Both the position numbers and the translations under genes were made by a program. DNA of 32,000 nucleotides from Acaryochloris marina S15 (GTDB lineage: Bacteria; Cyanobacteriota; Cyanobacteriia; Thermosynechococcales; Thermosynechococcaceae): contig NZ_CP064923.1 of assembly GCF_018336915.1 (NCBI RefSeq), positions 3,240,001-3,272,000 on the forward strand, written 5' to 3'. Positions 1 through 9,166 of the stretch are shown piece by piece. The notes beneath the pieces were generated by a model. That model did no database searches. It saw only the letters and a program-made list of their open reading frames with translations, and was not told the DNA's origin. The stretch's first letter is position 1. Every line of letters begins with the position of its first letter.

Positions 1-821
1 CTAGCTACAGCGGTCTTTTGAATTAGATCACCAAACAGGGGCAACTTAAGCATGATTCGGTCTATCGTTTCTCTGCCTGCCCGTGTTCGATAGTATTGAC
101 GGAGTGCAAAACTAGCACCAAAGAAAAAAGCAGCAACCATTATTCCATAGATTGGTGTTCGCAAAAACTCACTGAGGTTCACCATCAGTTGAGTAAATGC
201 TGGCAAATCGCCACCCAATTGGCTAAAAATGCCATCGAAAACGGGAATGAGAAAAATGACCATTCCCAAGAAAATAGATACAGCAATAAATCCAACTACT
301 ACTGGGTAAGCAAGAGCTGATCGAATCTGATTTTTGAGACGTGCTTGATCTTCAAGTAGGGTTGCAAGACGATTTAGCACTTCGTCCAAGACACCACCCG
401 TTTCACCTGCTTGAATCATGGCAACATAAAGCTGATCGAAAGCCGCTGGATGGCCTCTCATGGCATCCGACAAACTAACGCCTTGTTGCACAGCAGCATT
501 CACATCTAAAAGTGCTTTTTTCAGCTTAGGATTCTTGCACTGTTCAGACATAACTCCCAACCCTCTTACCAATGCAACCCCGGCATTGACTAAAGCTGAA
601 AATTGTCTAGAGAAAAGAGCCTTATCTTTGACAGTGATGGATTGAAGAAAACTCAGATCAAGCTCAGCACTCATGCTGAAGCCTTGAGATTCCTTGATAT
701 CAAGGATTTGTAGTCCTTGACGCTGGATATTTGAACGAGCTTCTTTTTGAGAGGTTGCGCTTACCCTTTTTTGGCTAGATTTACCTTGAGGATCTCGCGC
801 ACGAACAACATAAGTTGGCAT
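1..821 (-). CDS. pilC: Type IV pilus platform protein PilC (GspF family), 5' part only; the gene runs off the left edge
   Basis: Absent from the ORF track because no stop lies inside the window. The reverse complement of 821..781 reads ATG CCA ACT TAT GTT GTT CGT... = MPTYVVRARDPQGK. I followed the frame by hand and it stays open to nt 1 (...RIMLKLPLFGDLIQKTAVA). GspF-like segments are present (FSRQFSALVNAGVALVRGL, YVAMIQAGETGGVLDEVL). It lies 69 bp downstream of pilT on the same strand. Confidence 0.9.
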   Translation of the reverse strand, partial: MPTYVVRARDPQGKSSQKRVSATSQKEARSNIQRQGLQILDIKESQGFSMSAELDLSFLQSITVKDKALFSRQFSALVNAGVALVRGLGVMSEQCKNPKLKKALLDVNAAVQQGVSLSDAMRGHPAAFDQLYVAMIQAGETGGVLDEVLNRLATLLEDQARLKNQIRSALAYPVVVGFIAVSIFLGMVIFLIPVFDGIFSQLGGDLPAFTQLMVNLSEFLRTPIYGIMVAAFFFGASFALRQYYRTRAGRETIDRIMLKLPLFGDLIQKTAVA

Positions 822-890
822 AACTCAATTCTCAGCAGTTAATGAAAGAAGAATAAATGTAAGGCAATGAGGCCATAAGATGTTCCATAC

Positions 891-2012
891 TTATCGCCGA
901 TAAGAAGTGGCACCAGCGCCACGTTGATTACCCATAGGGGCTGCTCCCATTAATCGCTGCATTTCATCAGGACGGGATGTCTTGGATACAGCTGATTCAA
1001 AGGAAATCGAGCCAGCCTGATAGAGTTCAGCTAGGACTTTCTCTAAAGTAACCATTCCTAACTTTCCTCCAGTTTGAATAGCAGAGTATATCTGAGATGT
1101 TTTTCCTTCACGAATTAAGTTAGCAATTCCGGGAGTGGATACCATAATTTCTTGTGCCATGACTCTCCCAAACTCACCTGGTTTCGGATTTTTCCGCGTC
1201 ACTAGCGTTTGGCTAAATACAGCCACCAAAGAGTTAGACAATTGCACTCGAACTTGAGTCTGTTGCTCAGGCGGAAATACATCTACCATCCGATCAACAG
1301 TTTGGGCTGCTGAACTAGTATGAAGTGTTCCAAAAACTAAGTGACCGGTTTCTGCTGCAGAAATAGCAAGTTGAATCGTTTCAAGATCCCGCATTTCCCC
1401 TACAAGAATAACATCTGGATCTTCACGGAGAGCAGCCCGCAGTGCATTCGAAAAGCTCTTGGTATCTTCACCAACTTGACGCTGGTGGATCAGGCTTTTA
1501 ATAGGTTCATAAACAAATTCAATGGGATCTTCGACCGTGAGAATATGTTCAGCCCGAGTTAGATTGATATTGTTAATCATGGAGGCAAGGGTCGTTGTTT
1601 TTCCCGAGCCTGTGGGACCAGTCACTAGTACCAAACCACGGGGCTTCTCAGACATTTCTCGGACAATATTTGGTAATCCCAACGTTTCTATAGCAGGAAT
1701 CTTAGAGCTGAGTGCTCGTAATGCAGCAGCATAAGTACCTCGATCCTTATAGACATTAACCCTAAAACGAGCTAGGCCTCTGACACCGTAAGAGCAATCT
1801 AATTCCCATGTTTGCTCTAATTGTTTCCGTTGAGTATTATTCAGCATGCTAAAGATAAGACGCTGACATTGCTCTTGACTCAGTGGATCATAATCAGTAG
1901 GAGTTAATTTTCCGTTGATACGAATGTAGGGAGGTAAGCCTACTGAGAGGTGTAAATCAGAGCCTCCTCGCTCAACGACTTCTTCCATTAGGTCTTCAAT
2001 CATGTAGTCCAT
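891..2012 (-). CDS. pilT: Type IV pilus retraction ATPase PilT
   Basis: 373 aa with an ATG start. It has Walker A GPTGSGKTTT, Walker B/Asp box DPDVILVGEMRD and a His box TGHLVFGTLHT. The length and the N-terminus (GGSDLHL) are typical of PilT rather than PilB. Confidence 0.95.
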   Translation of the reverse strand: MDYMIEDLMEEVVERGGSDLHLSVGLPPYIRINGKLTPTDYDPLSQEQCQRLIFSMLNNTQRKQLEQTWELDCSYGVRGLARFRVNVYKDRGTYAAALRALSSKIPAIETLGLPNIVREMSEKPRGLVLVTGPTGSGKTTTLASMINNINLTRAEHILTVEDPIEFVYEPIKSLIHQRQVGEDTKSFSNALRAALREDPDVILVGEMRDLETIQLAISAAETGHLVFGTLHTSSAAQTVDRMVDVFPPEQQTQVRVQLSNSLVAVFSQTLVTRKNPKPGEFGRVMAQEIMVSTPGIANLIREGKTSQIYSAIQTGGKLGMVTLEKVLAELYQAGSISFESAVSKTSRPDEMQRLMGAAPMGNQRGAGATSYRR

Positions 2013-2133
2013 AAATTACCTCTTAATATTCCCAGCTAGAGTAAATTGATTGATACAAAAAATATTTCATGGATTCCTGTATTAATCTTGGAATCTTGGT
2101 GTAGTGCAATAGGGACAATCTAACCACTCAGGC

Positions 2134-3455
2134 CTTAAATCTGCATTACACACTGGGCGTATTTAGCGGATCGGGGATGCCTTAGTTTTCGGAATGGTCA
2201 CCTCTGGGAATAAGGAGTCAAACCGTTCATTGACCCAGGCAATTCTCAAGATCAGTAAATGGTTGAAACCATCCTCACTCCAGCGCATGCCAACTCCCTT
2301 AAAGCGCTGCTGAATCAACCACTTGCATGCACTTTCAACCATTCCTGACCCGAGAGGAATCTGTTGCTGTTCAAAGTGCCGATAACGGATGTGGTTATGA
2401 TGGCGTTGGAAATAAGCCTGCACCTGGAGCAACGTTGAAAAGACTTTCCCGTTAACAGTTGTGAGTGAATCAATATCGTCAAGGACCGTAATACAAGTAG
2501 GTGTTGCCCGTGTCGCAATTGGTGTCGCCAGTGCCGGAACCAGGCTTGGGCTTGAGCAGAGCGGGCATCTCCAAACATCGCTTTAGTTGCTCGTGCCAGA
2601 TGGCCTGCTGAATGAAAAAAGTCGAGGACTGCCACAGCACAATGAGAGAACAAGGTGCGATAGACTCGCCAGAAGCCTCGTCCCCCATCACTGAGCCAGA
2701 TGACTTTTGGAGCAGATTCAAAGTCTTGTTTGTGAGCTTCGAGTTGAAGTAAAGGGATGAACTGGTCGATATCGCCCAATACTGCCACCAGTCTTCGACG
2801 CAGTAATTGGGGACCTCCTTTTTAGCTCGGGTAACCCGTGTTCCCAGGCGAGCTAAGATGGCGACTTTGACTTCTCGCCACTGGATTTTTCCCTTGGGTG
2901 AGTTCGGGTGGGGCGAAAGGGACCATCACACCATCGGCGGCAATGGCCAAAGGTAGAGCAGATAACATCTCTGAAATCGCTTCACAAGGGGCCTGAGTCC
3001 CTGATGATTGAGCGTTGAGTTGAGCTTCTAATTCCTGCTGAGCTTTGTTACCCACGGATTGCACCCAGTTCCACAAACTGGATGGACTCACGGATAGACC
3101 ACTCCACTGACCCAGCATCCAACTGGCCAGTTCATAGGGCATGAACAGACTCAACAAGCAGCCCAGACGCACCAGTTCTTCGCTGCTGTGCTGATAGGGG
3201 CAATCCCAATGGCTTGATCCAGGGGAGTCAACAGACTGCCTGGACATCCTTTGGGACAACGGCCCACCGTCGCTTTCAAGAGATAGTGCCTACAGTGTCT
3301 GCATCTGACGAGATTCCCATCCTTCGAATGTAAGCGGGTTCCGCAGGTAGTACATACAGGCCATACAAATACTGCTTTCGCGCGCCTTGAGAGTTCATCC
3401 TCCAGAAGACAGCGAGCTAGAAACAAGCCATTTGCAGAACGATATAAACCATCTG
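2134..3455 (-). mobile_element. Degenerate ISKra4-family-like insertion sequence between pilB and pilT; boundaries are tentative
   Basis: It contains a broken transposase reading frame (see the pseudogene feature). An 8-bp direct repeat ACTCAGGC at 2126-2133 and 3456-3463 brackets 1322 bp and could be a target-site duplication. I could not find convincing terminal inverted repeats by eye. By eye the region also looks more GC-rich than the flanking pil genes; this was not computed. Confidence 0.5.
2163..3426 (-). pseudogene. ISKra4-like transposase, inactivated by two frameshifts and one in-frame stop
   Basis: Four consecutive minus-strand ORF fragments together reconstruct one protein of about 420 aa. 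Fragment 3426..3151 shifts frame into 3259..2822. An in-frame TAA at 2824..2822 follows, and the same frame then resumes at 2788..2315. A second frameshift leads into 2432..2163. Family-type motifs include an N-terminal Cys pair region (CTTCGTRLHSKDG...CPKGCPG), VIWLSDGGRGFW, LDFFHSAGHL and the C-terminal PLGSGMVESACKWLIQQRFKGVGMRWSEDG. Confidence 0.75.
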
Positions 3456-3493
3456 ACTCAGGCTGGTTGATACTTTGAGTGCTTCAGTTTGTT

Positions 3494-5557
3494 CTAGAAT
3501 TCGTCATGGGCTAGCACGGTTAGCAATTGCGATGGTAGGGTCATGATAGTTTTTGGTTCGGGTACAGGATCTATTGTCCTTGACCCGTTTTTCTTTGAGC
3601 CATGCATCCCCGATCCTTTGCTTACGCCCGTTAGAGATGTTTTACGCTTAGCTTTAAGTTCAGCCTCTAGACCACTATCGGTAAAGGTAACTCGTTCAAC
3701 TTCAGCGAGGGTAGTATCCCCTTTCTTAACTAGTTCTAGGCTATAAGCTAGAAGGGTTTTCATCCCTTCTTCAACTGCCACCTCTTTAATCCGCTCAGTA
3801 GGTGCCCCTTCAGTAATCAATGTTTGCAGGGTTTCAGTGATTTGCATAACTTCGTAAACACCACAACGCCCTTTATACCCAATACCGTTACATTTTGAAC
3901 AAACTGTTTGTCCTGTAGCTTGAGCTGTTTGAAGTTCATCAGCTGATAACGAATTAGCTTTGTAGAAGGTGATCTCTGTTCCTGGAGAAGCAGATAGCCC
4001 AAATCGACCTAGCTCAGAGGGTGAAGGTTGATAGGGAACTTTACAGTCTGAACATACTCGCCGTACCAAACGCTGGGCAACAACCCCCAATAAGGACGCC
4101 GAAACCATGAATGGCTCGACTTCCATTTCTGCAAGGCGAGCAACAGCACTAGCAGCATCATTCGTATGCAGAGTCGTTAACACAAGGTGTCCTGTTAGCG
4201 CTGCTTCAATGGCTGTTTTAGCGGTTTCTTTATCTCGGGTCTCACCTACTAGAATGACATCTGGATCTTGCCTTAGAAAAGCTCTCAAAATTGAGGCAAA
4301 GTCCATGCCTTTTTCTCGAATCACCTGGACTTGGGTCAGGCCTGGGAGGGTATATTCAATTGGGTCCTCCGCGGTACTGATGTTGACACCTGGGTGATTA
4401 CATTCAGCTAAGGCAGAATAGAGAGTGGTGGTTTTACCAGAACCAGTAGGTCCTGTTACCAAAATCAGGCCAAAAGGTCTACTGACCATCTCTCTAACGA
4501 TGTTTAAACTATCTTCGTCTGCAACAAGTTTGTCTAATCCCAGTTGAGTCGAGGAGTTATCCAGAATACGAAGTACAATCTTCTCTCCATATCGGCTCGG
4601 TAAGGTATTAACCCGAAAGTCAATCTTGCGTCCCTGAAAAAGTCGCCGGATGCGACCATCTTGAGGAAGGCGACGCTCAGCAATATCTAACTCTGAAATG
4701 ATTTTGAAACGGGATATAACAGCAGGAATAATCTTCCTGGGCAGCGGATCGAAGGCCTGTTGGAGCACACCATCTTTACGGAATCGAACACGAAGGTGAT
4801 CTTCTTGCGGTTCAATATGAATATCAGATACACCGCTCTGCAAGGCTTTAGCCAGAATTTTGTTAACTAAACCAATAATGGGAGCCGTTTCCGCATCTTG
4901 CAGGGCTGCCCCGAGGTCAGTCTCAAGTTCATCAGTAGGGAGATCGTCTAGACCTGCGATCGCATCTAAGTCATCGTCTAAATCAAACTCAATCGGTTTT
5001 TCATTAGCTTTTTGCTGAGCAGCTTGCTGATCGAGATACTTACTGATGAGTTGCTGATAGTCTTCAACCGCAATCACCATGCGTTGCAAGGTCAGATTTT
5101 TCTCCCTTAGAATTCGTCCTAGATCGTCCAGAGCACCTAAATTATCTGGATCAACCATTGCAACCAGCAACGTTGCCGGGTCCGTTTCTTGATCAAGGGT
5201 TAGGGGGACCAACTGATAGCGTCGACATAAGTCAAGAGAAATATAATTCTGGATCAATTCTTCGATTTGATCCGTCGGAATTTGGCTTAACTCAAGATCT
5301 AAGGAGTCGATGCCATAAAGGATCTTTAGTTCAAAAAGTTGTTGTCGTTTATATTGGCGTAGGAGTTCTGGTGGTAAAGACTGTCCAGTAAGTCCCTGAA
5401 GAATTTCGACAAGAGAACGTCCGGAGCGTCGACTTTCTAAGGTCGCTTCCCGCATTTGGTCTTGGTCAACATAACCTGTTGAAATCAGCTTATTGCCAAA
5501 AGGGGAAAAATTGTGCCGAGTAACTAGAGCACGCCGCTGTGAGGAAGAGTTAACCAT
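3494..5557 (-). CDS. pilB: Type IV pilus extension ATPase PilB (GspE family)
   Basis: It has Walker A GPTGSGKTTT, an Asp box DPDVILVGETRD, a His box TGHLVLTTLHT and a tetracysteine motif (CSDCKVP...CSKCNGIGYKGRCG). The N-terminal GSPII_E_N-like region includes LISTGYVDQDQM. The track ORF extends to 5731, but the conserved protein begins at MVNSSSQRRALV. That is the ATG at 5557..5555, giving 687 aa. Confidence 0.92.
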   Translation of the reverse strand: MVNSSSQRRALVTRHNFSPFGNKLISTGYVDQDQMREATLESRRSGRSLVEILQGLTGQSLPPELLRQYKRQQLFELKILYGIDSLDLELSQIPTDQIEELIQNYISLDLCRRYQLVPLTLDQETDPATLLVAMVDPDNLGALDDLGRILREKNLTLQRMVIAVEDYQQLISKYLDQQAAQQKANEKPIEFDLDDDLDAIAGLDDLPTDELETDLGAALQDAETAPIIGLVNKILAKALQSGVSDIHIEPQEDHLRVRFRKDGVLQQAFDPLPRKIIPAVISRFKIISELDIAERRLPQDGRIRRLFQGRKIDFRVNTLPSRYGEKIVLRILDNSSTQLGLDKLVADEDSLNIVREMVSRPFGLILVTGPTGSGKTTTLYSALAECNHPGVNISTAEDPIEYTLPGLTQVQVIREKGMDFASILRAFLRQDPDVILVGETRDKETAKTAIEAALTGHLVLTTLHTNDAASAVARLAEMEVEPFMVSASLLGVVAQRLVRRVCSDCKVPYQPSPSELGRFGLSASPGTEITFYKANSLSADELQTAQATGQTVCSKCNGIGYKGRCGVYEVMQITETLQTLITEGAPTERIKEVAVEEGMKTLLAYSLELVKKGDTTLAEVERVTFTDSGLEAELKAKRKTSLTGVSKGSGMHGSKKNGSRTIDPVPEPKTIMTLPSQLLTVLAHDEF

Positions 5558-6176
5558 AGCGATGAAAGCGAAAGACCTAACCGTGGATATGTAGCTTGAA
5601 AATAGACTTCCTTGCCAAGTCGAGGCAATGGCGAGGCTGTTCTCAGCATGCCCACATTTTTTGAGGTTTTTACAATCTTCTCGGGCACCAAGAATTCTAC
5701 CCCTCTTGACATCAGCAATTTCAGCGTTCAAGTTAGCCAGACTGTGAATATCTGATATAAGGGGAATTTTGGGGAAAATTGCTAGAGTATATCTAGGATC
5801 AAAACATCCTCAACGTTAATGTTCTCAGCCGTTATTTATCATTGGGTGCCATTATTGGCCTTATTAAGTTTAGATAGTTCAAATTCTCGATATATGATAA
5901 ATTTTTGCTCCAAATCTCTACTTAAGATTGGCATAGCAATATAAAATCAAGTTGTGGAGACAACTGAGAGTCAGGCTACTTATATTCAAGCTTGAATCAG
6001 CAGCAGTAGAAGACTCCCAGACTTTGGGAAGCTTTAATGCTCTCATATATGAGCAGGTCTGAGATACCATACGATTAATTACACTGAAACATGTTCGTTA
6101 AAGCACACAACACATTAAGGTTGTAGAACTGCGAAACAAACTGTTTGTTGATGGAAGTAAAGAAAATAGGAACATC

Positions 6177-6965
6177 ATGAGCGAAGACGCGAAGCAGCAC
6201 GAGAATACTGAGGCTAACGATGTAAGTTATTCGGATGAATCTTCGCTTCATCAGGATGATTCAAACTCAGAGTACGAAGAATTAGTGGTAGACGATTCTG
6301 AAGAGTTGTCCATAGATACTTTAGAAGAACTTGTTTCATCTGCCTCGCCTGACAATGAGACCAATAGTTCGACCGCATCACCAGAAGAATTGCCAATATC
6401 TGAACAAGCAGACTCGTCAGAGGCACTGTCCCAGTTAGCCACAGAAGTTGAAGCTTTGAAGAGTCAATTAGACGAACGCACTAGTCAATATGTAAGAATC
6501 GCAGCGGATTTCGAGAACGTTCGCAGACGTACAGCACGTGAGAAAACAGATTTAGAACAACGGGTAAAACGAGATACTCTCAGTGAGCTACTTCCCGTTA
6601 TTGATAGCTTTGATCGGGCCAGATCTCATATCAACCCTCAAACCGATCAAGAAGAAAATATTCACAACAGTTACCAAGGAGTCTACAAACAGTTAGTGGA
6701 TTGTCTTAAGCGCATTGGGGTAGGACCGATGCGATCTAAAGGACAACCCTTTGACCCCAACCTCCATGAAGCAGTAATGCGCGAACCCACTAACGAGTTC
6801 GAGGAAGGTATGGTTGTTGAAGAATTAGTCAGCGGGTATTTGTTAGGTGAACAGGTTTTACGACATGCAATGGTAAAAGTTGCTGCTCCTTTAGAACAAG
6901 AAGAGCCTGAAGCCGTTACTGAGGAAGAGGTTGCTGAGGAAGCTGAAAACGCTGTCTCTGAATAA
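6177..6965 (+). CDS. grpE: Nucleotide exchange factor GrpE with a long acidic Ser/Glu/Asp-rich N-terminal extension
   Basis: 262 aa. The GrpE core is present (YVRIAADFENVRRRTAREK, LLPVIDSFDRA, FDPNLHEAV, GYLLGEQVLRHAMVKV). It lies directly upstream of dnaK. Confidence 0.93.
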   Translation: MSEDAKQHENTEANDVSYSDESSLHQDDSNSEYEELVVDDSEELSIDTLEELVSSASPDNETNSSTASPEELPISEQADSSEALSQLATEVEALKSQLDERTSQYVRIAADFENVRRRTAREKTDLEQRVKRDTLSELLPVIDSFDRARSHINPQTDQEENIHNSYQGVYKQLVDCLKRIGVGPMRSKGQPFDPNLHEAVMREPTNEFEEGMVVEELVSGYLLGEQVLRHAMVKVAAPLEQEEPEAVTEEEVAEEAENAVSE

Positions 6966-7128
6966 CTTTGCCAGGGTCTAATTCGTTCCCTTCACACCTA
7001 TTTTTTAGGTTAATTTGCAGAAGGTTGATTAAATTCATGGGCAGATGAGGCACCCTACAGTATGAGGAGCATTTTAGAAAGCTCAATACATTTAATCAAG
7101 CATAATTGCTGTTTGCTGCGAAAAAGTT

Positions 7129-9117
7129 ATGGGTAAGGTCATTGGTATTGATCTAGGAACAACGAATAGCTGTGTTGCTGTTCTTGAAGGGGGGAAACCT
7201 GTCGTTATCCCTAATACTGAGGGTGGGAGAACGACCCCTAGTATTGTTGGTTTTGCTAAATCTGGGGACCGCCTAGTTGGCCAACTTGCCAAACGACAAG
7301 CAGTCACCAATGCTGAAAACACCATTTTCAGTATTAAACGTTTCATCGGTCGCAGATGGCAGGAAACGGAAACGGAAAGATCTCGTGTAGCTTATACCTC
7401 CGTTCCTGGCAAAGATGAAACTGTTGATGTTCAGATTCGAGGGAAAAACTATACACCTCAAGAAATTTCAGCAATGGTTTTACAGAAGCTGAAGCAAGAT
7501 GCTGAAGCTTACTTGGGAGAGGCAGTATCTCAAGCTGTAATCACAGTTCCTGCTTATTTCAGTGATGCCCAGCGCCAAGCCACAAAGGATGCAGGAACCA
7601 TCGCTGGATTAGAAGTTCTACGGATCATCAACGAACCTACTGCAGCTTCTTTATCTTACGGTCTGGAAAAGCAAGAAGAAGACCATAAAATTCTAGTCTT
7701 TGACTTAGGTGGTGGCACCTTCGATGTCTCCATATTACAGCTAGGGGATGGCGTATTTGAGGTCAAGGCCACTGCTGGCAACAATCACCTCGGTGGGGAT
7801 GACTTTGACGAATCTATTTTGAGATGGATGTTAGAAAGTTTTCACCAAACTGAATCTATTGATCTATCAAAAGACAAAATGGCGCTGCAGCGATTACGGG
7901 AAGCAGCGGAAAAAGCCAAAATTGAGCTATCCAGCACGATCACGACCTCCATTAACTTGCCATTCATTACGGCTGATGAAACGGGTCCCAAGCATTTGGA
8001 GATGGATTTAACCCGAGCTAAATTTGAAGAGTTAGCCGCTGAACTGGTAACAGGAACGATGGAACCTGTTGAACGGGCACTTAAGGATTCAGGCTTACAA
8101 GCTGAAGACATCGAGCGCATCATTTTGGTAGGAGGCTCAACCCGAATTCCTGCAGTCCAAGAAACAGTCAAACAATACTTTGGCGGTCAAAGTCCTGATC
8201 GTTCTGTAAATCCTGATGAATCGATTGCCCTGGGTGCAGCCATTCAAGCTGGCGTATTGGGAGGAGAAGTTAAGGATCTATTGCTACTGGACGTATCCCC
8301 TCTGTCGATGGGCATTGAAACGTTGGGGGGGGTATTCACCAAAATCATTGACCGTAATACAACCTTACCTACTAGTCGTTCTCAAAGCTTTTCAACCGCA
8401 ACAGATGGGCAAACCTGTGTAGAAATCCAGGTTTATCAGGGCGAGCGAGCGATGGTGAAAGATAACAAGTGTCTCGGCCGCTTTGAATTAACCGGCATAC
8501 CTCCGGCACCGAGGGGTGTACCTCAAATTGAAGTCACTTTTGATATTGATGCTAATGGAATTCTCAATGTTTCTGCCCAAGATAAAGGAACAGGGCGTGA
8601 ACAAAGTATTCGTATCTCTAATACAGGTGGTTTAAGCAGCTTAGAAGTTGAGAGAATGCGCCAAGAAGCCCAAATATATGCTGATCAAGATCAGCAATTG
8701 AAAGAAGTCGCACACCAAAAAAATCAGATTGATAGCATGCTCTACAGCTGTAGTGCTACTTTAAAGGACAACGCGAGTACAGTTTCTCCAGAACTCAAGC
8801 AACGGGCCGAACAGGCAGCCGCTGAACTTAAGGTTTTAGCAGACCAACCTGATGTCACAGCAGAAACCTTGAAGCTTCGCATAGATACGCTTCAGCAGGT
8901 ACTCTTAGATATTGGGGCTGAAGTTTATCAACAATCGGCAACAAACTCGCCATCGCCTAATGATGTTTATAATCCGAGTGACGTTTATAATAGTCAACCT
9001 AGCACTGTAGTAACTCCTGATCCAGGTTCAGAGCCTTCAGAACCACTGGATGATGACTCCACCATTGTTGGAGACTTCGATGATACGGTTATCACTGACT
9101 ATGAAGCCGTAGATTAG
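7129..9117 (+). CDS. dnaK: Hsp70 chaperone DnaK (grpE-linked paralog)
   Basis: 662 aa with Hsp70 signatures [23 protein letters not shown] and [11 protein letters not shown]. The substrate-binding domain and lid appear intact. The C-terminal tail is acidic and Pro/Ser-rich and contains a near-duplicated [12 protein letters not shown]. Confidence 0.97.
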   Translation: MGKVIGIDLGTTNSCVAVLEGGKPVVIPNTEGGRTTPSIVGFAKSGDRLVGQLAKRQAVTNAENTIFSIKRFIGRRWQETETERSRVAYTSVPGKDETVDVQIRGKNYTPQEISAMVLQKLKQDAEAYLGEAVSQAVITVPAYFSDAQRQATKDAGTIAGLEVLRIINEPTAASLSYGLEKQEEDHKILVFDLGGGTFDVSILQLGDGVFEVKATAGNNHLGGDDFDESILRWMLESFHQTESIDLSKDKMALQRLREAAEKAKIELSSTITTSINLPFITADETGPKHLEMDLTRAKFEELAAELVTGTMEPVERALKDSGLQAEDIERIILVGGSTRIPAVQETVKQYFGGQSPDRSVNPDESIALGAAIQAGVLGGEVKDLLLLDVSPLSMGIETLGGVFTKIIDRNTTLPTSRSQSFSTATDGQTCVEIQVYQGERAMVKDNKCLGRFELTGIPPAPRGVPQIEVTFDIDANGILNVSAQDKGTGREQSIRISNTGGLSSLEVERMRQEAQIYADQDQQLKEVAHQKNQIDSMLYSCSATLKDNASTVSPELKQRAEQAAAELKVLADQPDVTAETLKLRIDTLQQVLLDIGAEVYQQSATNSPSPNDVYNPSDVYNSQPSTVVTPDPGSEPSEPLDDDSTIVGDFDDTVITDYEAVD

Positions 9118-9166
9118 GAGTTAGGTGCGTTGCCAGCTTAATTAGTGACCTAAGTAAGAACCATAT

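Noticed and set aside
96-645. Plus-strand ORFs 96..320 and 460..645
   Set aside because: They lie antisense inside the open pilC frame (1..821, minus) and have low-complexity, unrecognisable sequence. They are shadow ORFs.
1341-1734. Plus-strand ORFs 1341..1562 and 1522..1734
   Set aside because: They are antisense to the well-supported pilT CDS and show no motifs.
2479-2721. ORF 2479..2721 (-), 80 aa
   Set aside because: It is an alternative frame inside the transposase pseudogene and has no independent support.
2126-3463. Terminal inverted repeats for the IS remnant
   Set aside because: I compared the two ends by eye. I found only a shared TCTGCA hexamer at inconsistent offsets, so I claim no credible inverted repeat. 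The boundaries rest only on the 8-bp direct repeat and remain tentative.
3494-3600. Idea that the IS insertion remodelled the pilB C-terminus into a chimeric tail
   Set aside because: The candidate target-site duplication (3456-3463) lies 30 bp downstream of the pilB stop. The simplest reading is therefore an intergenic insertion that leaves pilB intact. I have no ortholog alignment to support a chimera.
3543-5391. ORFs 3543..3746, 4107..4397 and 5158..5391 (+), and 3817..4002 (-)
   Set aside because: All are nested in or antisense to pilB and are explained by it.
5558-5731. 58-codon N-terminal extension of the pilB ORF (and the overlapping ORF 5524..5718)
   Set aside because: The extension (MNAEIADVKRGRILGARED...) has no PilB-like sequence. 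The conserved protein begins at MVNSSSQRR, the ATG at 5557. The longer ORF probably exists only because the frame happens to stay open.
6214-8422. ORFs 6214..6426, 6251..6442, 7092..7346, 7273..7461 and 7842..8171 (-), and 8216..8422 (+)
   Set aside because: They are antisense or alternative-frame ORFs inside grpE or dnaK, with compositionally biased translations.
5732-9166. CIRCE (HrcA operator) upstream of grpE, dnaK or dnaJ
   Set aside because: I searched for TTAGCACTC-N9-GAGTGCTAA and close variants and found none.
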